Source of the DNA: an uncultured Pirellulaceae bacterium
Lineage (GTDB): Bacteria > Planctomycetota > Planctomycetia > Pirellulales > Pirellulaceae
Reading direction: 5' to 3'
Assembly (NCBI GenBank): GCA_964460665.1
Contig: CAYWSL010000001.1
Location: forward strand, 24,032 to 88,031
Length of the DNA stretch: 64,000 bases
This document shows, one piece after another, positions 61,301-64,000 of this stretch. The notes beneath the pieces were generated by a model. That model saw only the letters and a program-made list of their open reading frames with translations, had not been told where the DNA came from and did no database searches. Within the stretch, counting starts at the first letter, position 1; every line of letters starts with the position of its first letter. A program made the translations under genes and the position numbers.

Positions 61301-64000
61301 CATCATCGACACTGAGGGAAATCGTGTCGCCACTGAGTACTACGTCTGCTGGACGCAGTGGGCTTTCGTTGATCGCGTTAAAGATCGCAGTGGCAATTGA
61401 TTCATTGGTGAACGGCACGGTAGGCGAGATCGCGTAGTGGTCTTCGTCAAAAATACCGAGTCCATCGGTATCGAATTCCAGAATCGCTTCATCAACAAAC
61501 GTGTTAATCACGATCAGGTCGCCGTCACGAAGCACCGCATCTTCACCACTAATGTCGACTGTGATTTCAGCCAAGCCATTCGCTGTCACAACTGAAATCA
61601 GTGGGCTGTCAGAAAAGACGTCTACGACGTTGTCGTCGCCATCGGCGTTCGGTGACGGACGTCCATCCAAATCGACATCCACTGTGTTTCCTAGAAACAG
61701 CGTGTTGTCGACTAGGTGACGCGGACCATCATTCGCCAATGTTGTTGGGTATCGCCCTGATTCATCAAAGAACGGGTCAGGAGCGTCACCAAAGTCGAGC
61801 GCTGTTCCAGGCAGCAGAATGGTGAACTCGGTCGTGTCGCCACGATTGGCTTCTAGCGGATTGCCCGAAAGGTCTTGAATCGCTGGCAGGAAGAATGTCG
61901 TGATTCCTTCGCCCAAGAAAATCGTTCCGTTCTCGACAAACAACGACGCACCACCACGGTCGGTCGCAGAAAGCGTTGTCGAAGGCTGTTCACCAGGGAT
62001 GTTGACGCTGTTGATGGCACTCAGGATCGCCTGCCTTACCTGGACGTCGCTGAACGCAGGAGTCACTCGTACCGGAATCGCACCACCAGGAACCCCGATG
62101 ACATTCAATGTTGGAGCTGAGGTGACATCCACAGTGGTTCCAGGAATGTCATTCAAGAGAACTTGTCCTGTCGGCACACCCGAGGCATCCAGCTCTGCAA
62201 TCGCAAAGACTCGCAGGTTGGCCGAGTTGTTGTTGATTGCGGCTGCCAAACTATTGGCGACGTCACCCACGCTGCTGCCCGCTTGGAAAGTGACTGCAAC
62301 ATTACCGATGGTCACACCGCCACCGTTGGATGCTTCCTCGAACTCGAATCGTACTTCGTTATCGCCCTGTCGGATCACTAACACTTCTTGGTCGGAAACG
62401 ATTCCTCGCTGAGTTGTGATTTGAGGCGCCCCCGGAATCCCGAGTGCCAAGTCACCGCCCACATTAACTTGACTGTCGTCGATTCTACCAAGTGAAACTT
62501 GGCCGTTTCCAATCGGTGCGGCAGTCACTCCAATGCCTGCGGCATTGATTGCTGCGGAAAGATTGGTGGCGACTACATCGCTGGTGTCGAACGAGTTGTA
62601 CGCAACAACATTAGAGACGGGCGTCAAGTTACCGTTGGCATCTGGGCTACCATCAAAAGTCTGGGCCTGACCATTCAAGACAAACTCAAACAAGACATCA
62701 TTGCCCAATTCATCTTCGATCAAAACGACTTCGCCGGACTGGATCGCTCCACCACCAACGGCAGGCAGGTTAAGCAAAAGCGGTCCAAACACTTGAATGG
62801 TCGAAGCGCCCGTCACTGACGGTGATCCAACGACTTCTAGTGTGCTGCCAAGCACACTCAAACCCAAGCCTTGCTGTCCGCCAATGGACAGCAAACCACC
62901 ACCAACAGGCAGCACATCATTCGAGCTCAAACCGCTGATGAATTCCGTCTGAATCGCGTTACCTAATATCGCAGCAAATTCTTCGCTGGTAGTTGATCGT
63001 GTAACGTTGACTGGAATGCTGTTTTGGTCAACGCCGTCATCACCAGTAGGCTCATCCGTGCGATTGACCTCAAATGTCACAACGGGCGAACCGTCATCTG
63101 GCAGCAGGTTAATCAGATCGCCATCGACTGGCGTGCGACTCACACCCACCACACGCAATAGGCCATTGGCCACACTGACCGAGCCATTTTCTGGCAGGTT
63201 CAAGTAGACATCGGTGCCAATCAACTGAGCATTCAGGTCAAGTGGTGAAGACAGAACGGCAAGCTGGATCGCTTGTGCGACTTCCAGAGCCGATAGGGGC
63301 GTCTGGCTTGCAATGTCGACTGGGATGTTTCCACCGGCCGTGTTGGTCGTGCCATCATTGAACTCGAAAATGATGTTAACACTTCCGTTGTTGATGACAA
63401 ACGTCTCGCCTGATTGAACACCGTTGACCGGGTCGGTTCCGGCGTTTGGCACTTGCAATGCCAACGTGCGTGCAGACTGTAGCAAGCCGCTGCCTGCCGT
63501 TTGTACCGTAGCACCAGCTTCTGCACCCAAGACAATACGTTCGTCAATCACACGAATATCTAGGTCAAGCAAACCTGCATCCACCTGGCTTTGAATTGCG
63601 ACCTGAGTATTCAGGGCGATGTCATTCAAGAAAGCTGGGATCAAGTCCGAATCAAGCGGTGTGCCGCTGGTGGGAAGCGTGACGGGGACTGTTCCCGGCA
63701 GCGTCGCAGAATCCGAGTTGTATTCAAATGTGATCGGTGGATTGTTTCCGTCGTCGATCACAAACACATCGCCATCACGAACACCGCCCGCATTGGTGCC
63801 CTGCGGTGGCACCGATAGGGTCAACGGTTCGGGCAGCAACAATTGGAAGCCGGTCTCGAATTCGAACACGACGGTACCGCCGGTCGAATCTGTGATCGAA
63901 AACTGACTACCGTCCGAGATCGCCGATGGATCCGATGCAATCAAGACCGTGCGGTCGCGATTGTTCAATGCGATTCGATAGGCATTATCGTCACGCCAAA
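58335..64000 (-). CDS. Giant secreted multidomain protein C, C-terminal >=1,887 aa only (5' part beyond the window), paralog of A and B
   Basis: The frame stays open to the window edge (..WRDDNAYRIALNNRDR..), matching WRNDAVYEIILQN in A and WRSDSVYEITINN in B. It contains GDAPDP...GEVEDY, ~5 PxNDxP/Ig repeats, and a dockerin-like pair (DVTGNGIVSPLDAIRVIN..DVDGNGFIGAVDAILVIN). Confidence 0.92.
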   Translation of the reverse strand, partial: WRDDNAYRIALNNRDRTVLIASDPSAISDGSQFSITDSTGGTVVFEFETGFQLLLPEPLTLSVPPQGTNAGGVRDGDVFVIDDGNNPPITFEYNSDSATLPGTVPVTLPTSGTPLDSDLIPAFLNDIALNTQVAIQSQVDAGLLDLDIRVIDERIVLGAEAGATVQTAGSGLLQSARTLALQVPNAGTDPVNGVQSGETFVINNGSVNIIFEFNDGTTNTAGGNIPVDIASQTPLSALEVAQAIQLAVLSSPLDLNAQLIGTDVYLNLPENGSVSVANGLLRVVGVSRTPVDGDLINLLPDDGSPVVTFEVNRTDEPTGDDGVDQNSIPVNVTRSTTSEEFAAILGNAIQTEFISGLSSNDVLPVGGGLLSIGGQQGLGLSVLGSTLEVVGSPSVTGASTIQVFGPLLLNLPAVGGGAIQSGEVVLIEDELGNDVLFEFVLNGQAQTFDGSPDANGNLTPVSNVVAYNSFDTSDVVATNLSAAINAAGIGVTAAPIGNGQVSLGRIDDSQVNVGGDLALGIPGAPQITTQRGIVSDQEVLVIRQGDNEVRFEFEEASNGGGVTIGNVAVTFQAGSSVGDVANSLAAAINNNSANLRVFAIAELDASGVPTGQVLLNDIPGTTVDVTSAPTLNVIGVPGGAIPVRVTPAFSDVQVRQAILSAINSVNIPGEQPSTTLSATDRGGASLFVENGTIFLGEGITTFFLPAIQDLSGNPLEANRGDTTEFTILLPGTALDFGDAPDPFFDESGRYPTTLANDGPRHLVDNTLFLGNTVDVDLDGRPSPNADGDDNVVDVFSDSPLISVVTANGLAEITVDISGEDAVLRDGDLIVINTFVDEAILEFDTDGLGIFDEDHYAISPTVPFTNESIATAIFNAINESPLRPADVVLSGDTISLSVDDEDGVVLTSEINPEGVLNRGVVTPISVTVTGSGILEAWVDFNGDGDWDDSGEQIINANTPGAIFSDTGSGVTRVFEVSIPDVIAAPVAPVTTFARFRVSREGGLTPTGLALSGEVEDYALRLLPGNPPALTDAQADRTFTVPEDVALQVLDGAGTLTASQNDDGLLSGVVDPDGQTVAIFPADVGDRTLTTPNGTIAGAFSLASDGTFTFIPEPDFVGTTTFTARVTDINPIDPTAQITNTRAITGTIEVLPVNDPPIATSINVEVNRAINEDEVQIFDVSELIDPFFVAGPANEAGQGLIIQSAASFPDTLGVITNAASTQGGIVEIINGGTAIQYTPPLNFNGAQADTFTYVVADQPGPGQVVEQATRQGTVSIAITPVNDPPIAGTDNFSVTERMTLQIPLNGIPGMPGIFDNDSVGPQNEVTAGAQVRLQTIPAQFPRFSFQGGSVDFTNGALVYTPSPFFSGSDSFTYIIEDEFGATATGTVNLDVAGTNDNPVFEGVNGVNGVTSLELDESKAIPQVFTFDLNTWFSDPEADPLTFTAISEDSTIVSAVLVDSELTIELPSFRPGETALVITADDGQGGSVTQRVPVTVRNTPDPPVRIGTLEPLVGREDQTIVADLGTVFADPDPEQLTYTVTRLGNIVNPTQAQISQNPLIASISFSGDNIVIVPEPDQSGAIELEVSATDGSQSPFDVFTLTITPVADAPITVGDVYNVPVGSQLPVLNPADGVLRNDSDADGDTILVDLPTVTQPSLGTLSISEDGTFTYVNTGGNVGDTDSFTYRAVDSTGRVGQPVTVTLNLNQSSFQNPLQDLAADVTGNGIVSPLDAIRVINFISENGLFTPVSQIGTPPPDFLDVDGNGFIGAVDAILVINFLADRAEEAAGELVVNAPAQGELVSTSFAVTTAFAAISTANLPNSNRERVDAPVLENDARDNLLTTGLEISNSPVAQVSDLIALGNDDSADDVSRNIDDALVDLLSESEYELR

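Noticed and set aside
16615-63906. Many plus-strand ORFs of 60-264 aa (for example 36090-36884, 42597-43382, 53724-54443, 58300-58761)
   Set aside because: They lie antisense to the giant genes, have no recognisable motifs, and are expected shadows of biased codon usage.
15983-64000. Giant genes as polymorphic toxins (RHS/CDI/MARTX), RTX adhesins or intein/Hint-containing proteins
   Set aside because: No YD repeats, GGxGxD nonapeptide runs, Hint motifs, C-terminal toxin domains or small immunity genes were seen.
15983-64000. A true cellulosome (suggested by the dockerin-like domains)
   Set aside because: No cohesin scaffoldin or glycoside-hydrolase catalytic domain is recognisable in the window.

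Overview
Bacterial DNA, most likely Planctomycetota (Pirellulaceae-like). The basis for that is the RRLxxETLERRELLAA leaders, C-terminal dockerin-like repeats, GEVED domains and a DUF1598-type gene; GC is roughly 50-58% by eye. The first 16 kb is housekeeping: a partial O-antigen-ligase-like membrane protein (missed by the ORF track), a secreted M16 zinc peptidase, a lone Rieske ferredoxin, a fadD-fadI-fadJ-fadE-patatin fatty-acid degradation operon, an ATE/Bpt-type aminoacyl transferase and a DUF1598-type exported protein. The remaining ~48 kb (75%) is a tandem array of at least three paralogous giant secreted-protein genes on the minus strand: A ~6,455 aa, B 7,529 aa, and C >=1,887 aa, which runs off the window edge. 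They share one collinear scaffold: basic leader, Ig-like domains, metzincin-type domain, PPC, beta-helix, GEVED, cadherin/Ig stalk, dockerin-like pair and acidic tail. They differ mainly by domains inserted into the same loops: a VWA domain, an aromatic-rich module, extra PPC/FN3-like modules, and 0 to 8 copies per site of a ~75-85 aa module that nests inside itself. B carries a catalytically dead copy of a zinc-protease domain that is intact in A. No rRNA, tRNA, CRISPR, transposase or integrase was recognised. All alignments were made by eye; no database searches were run.
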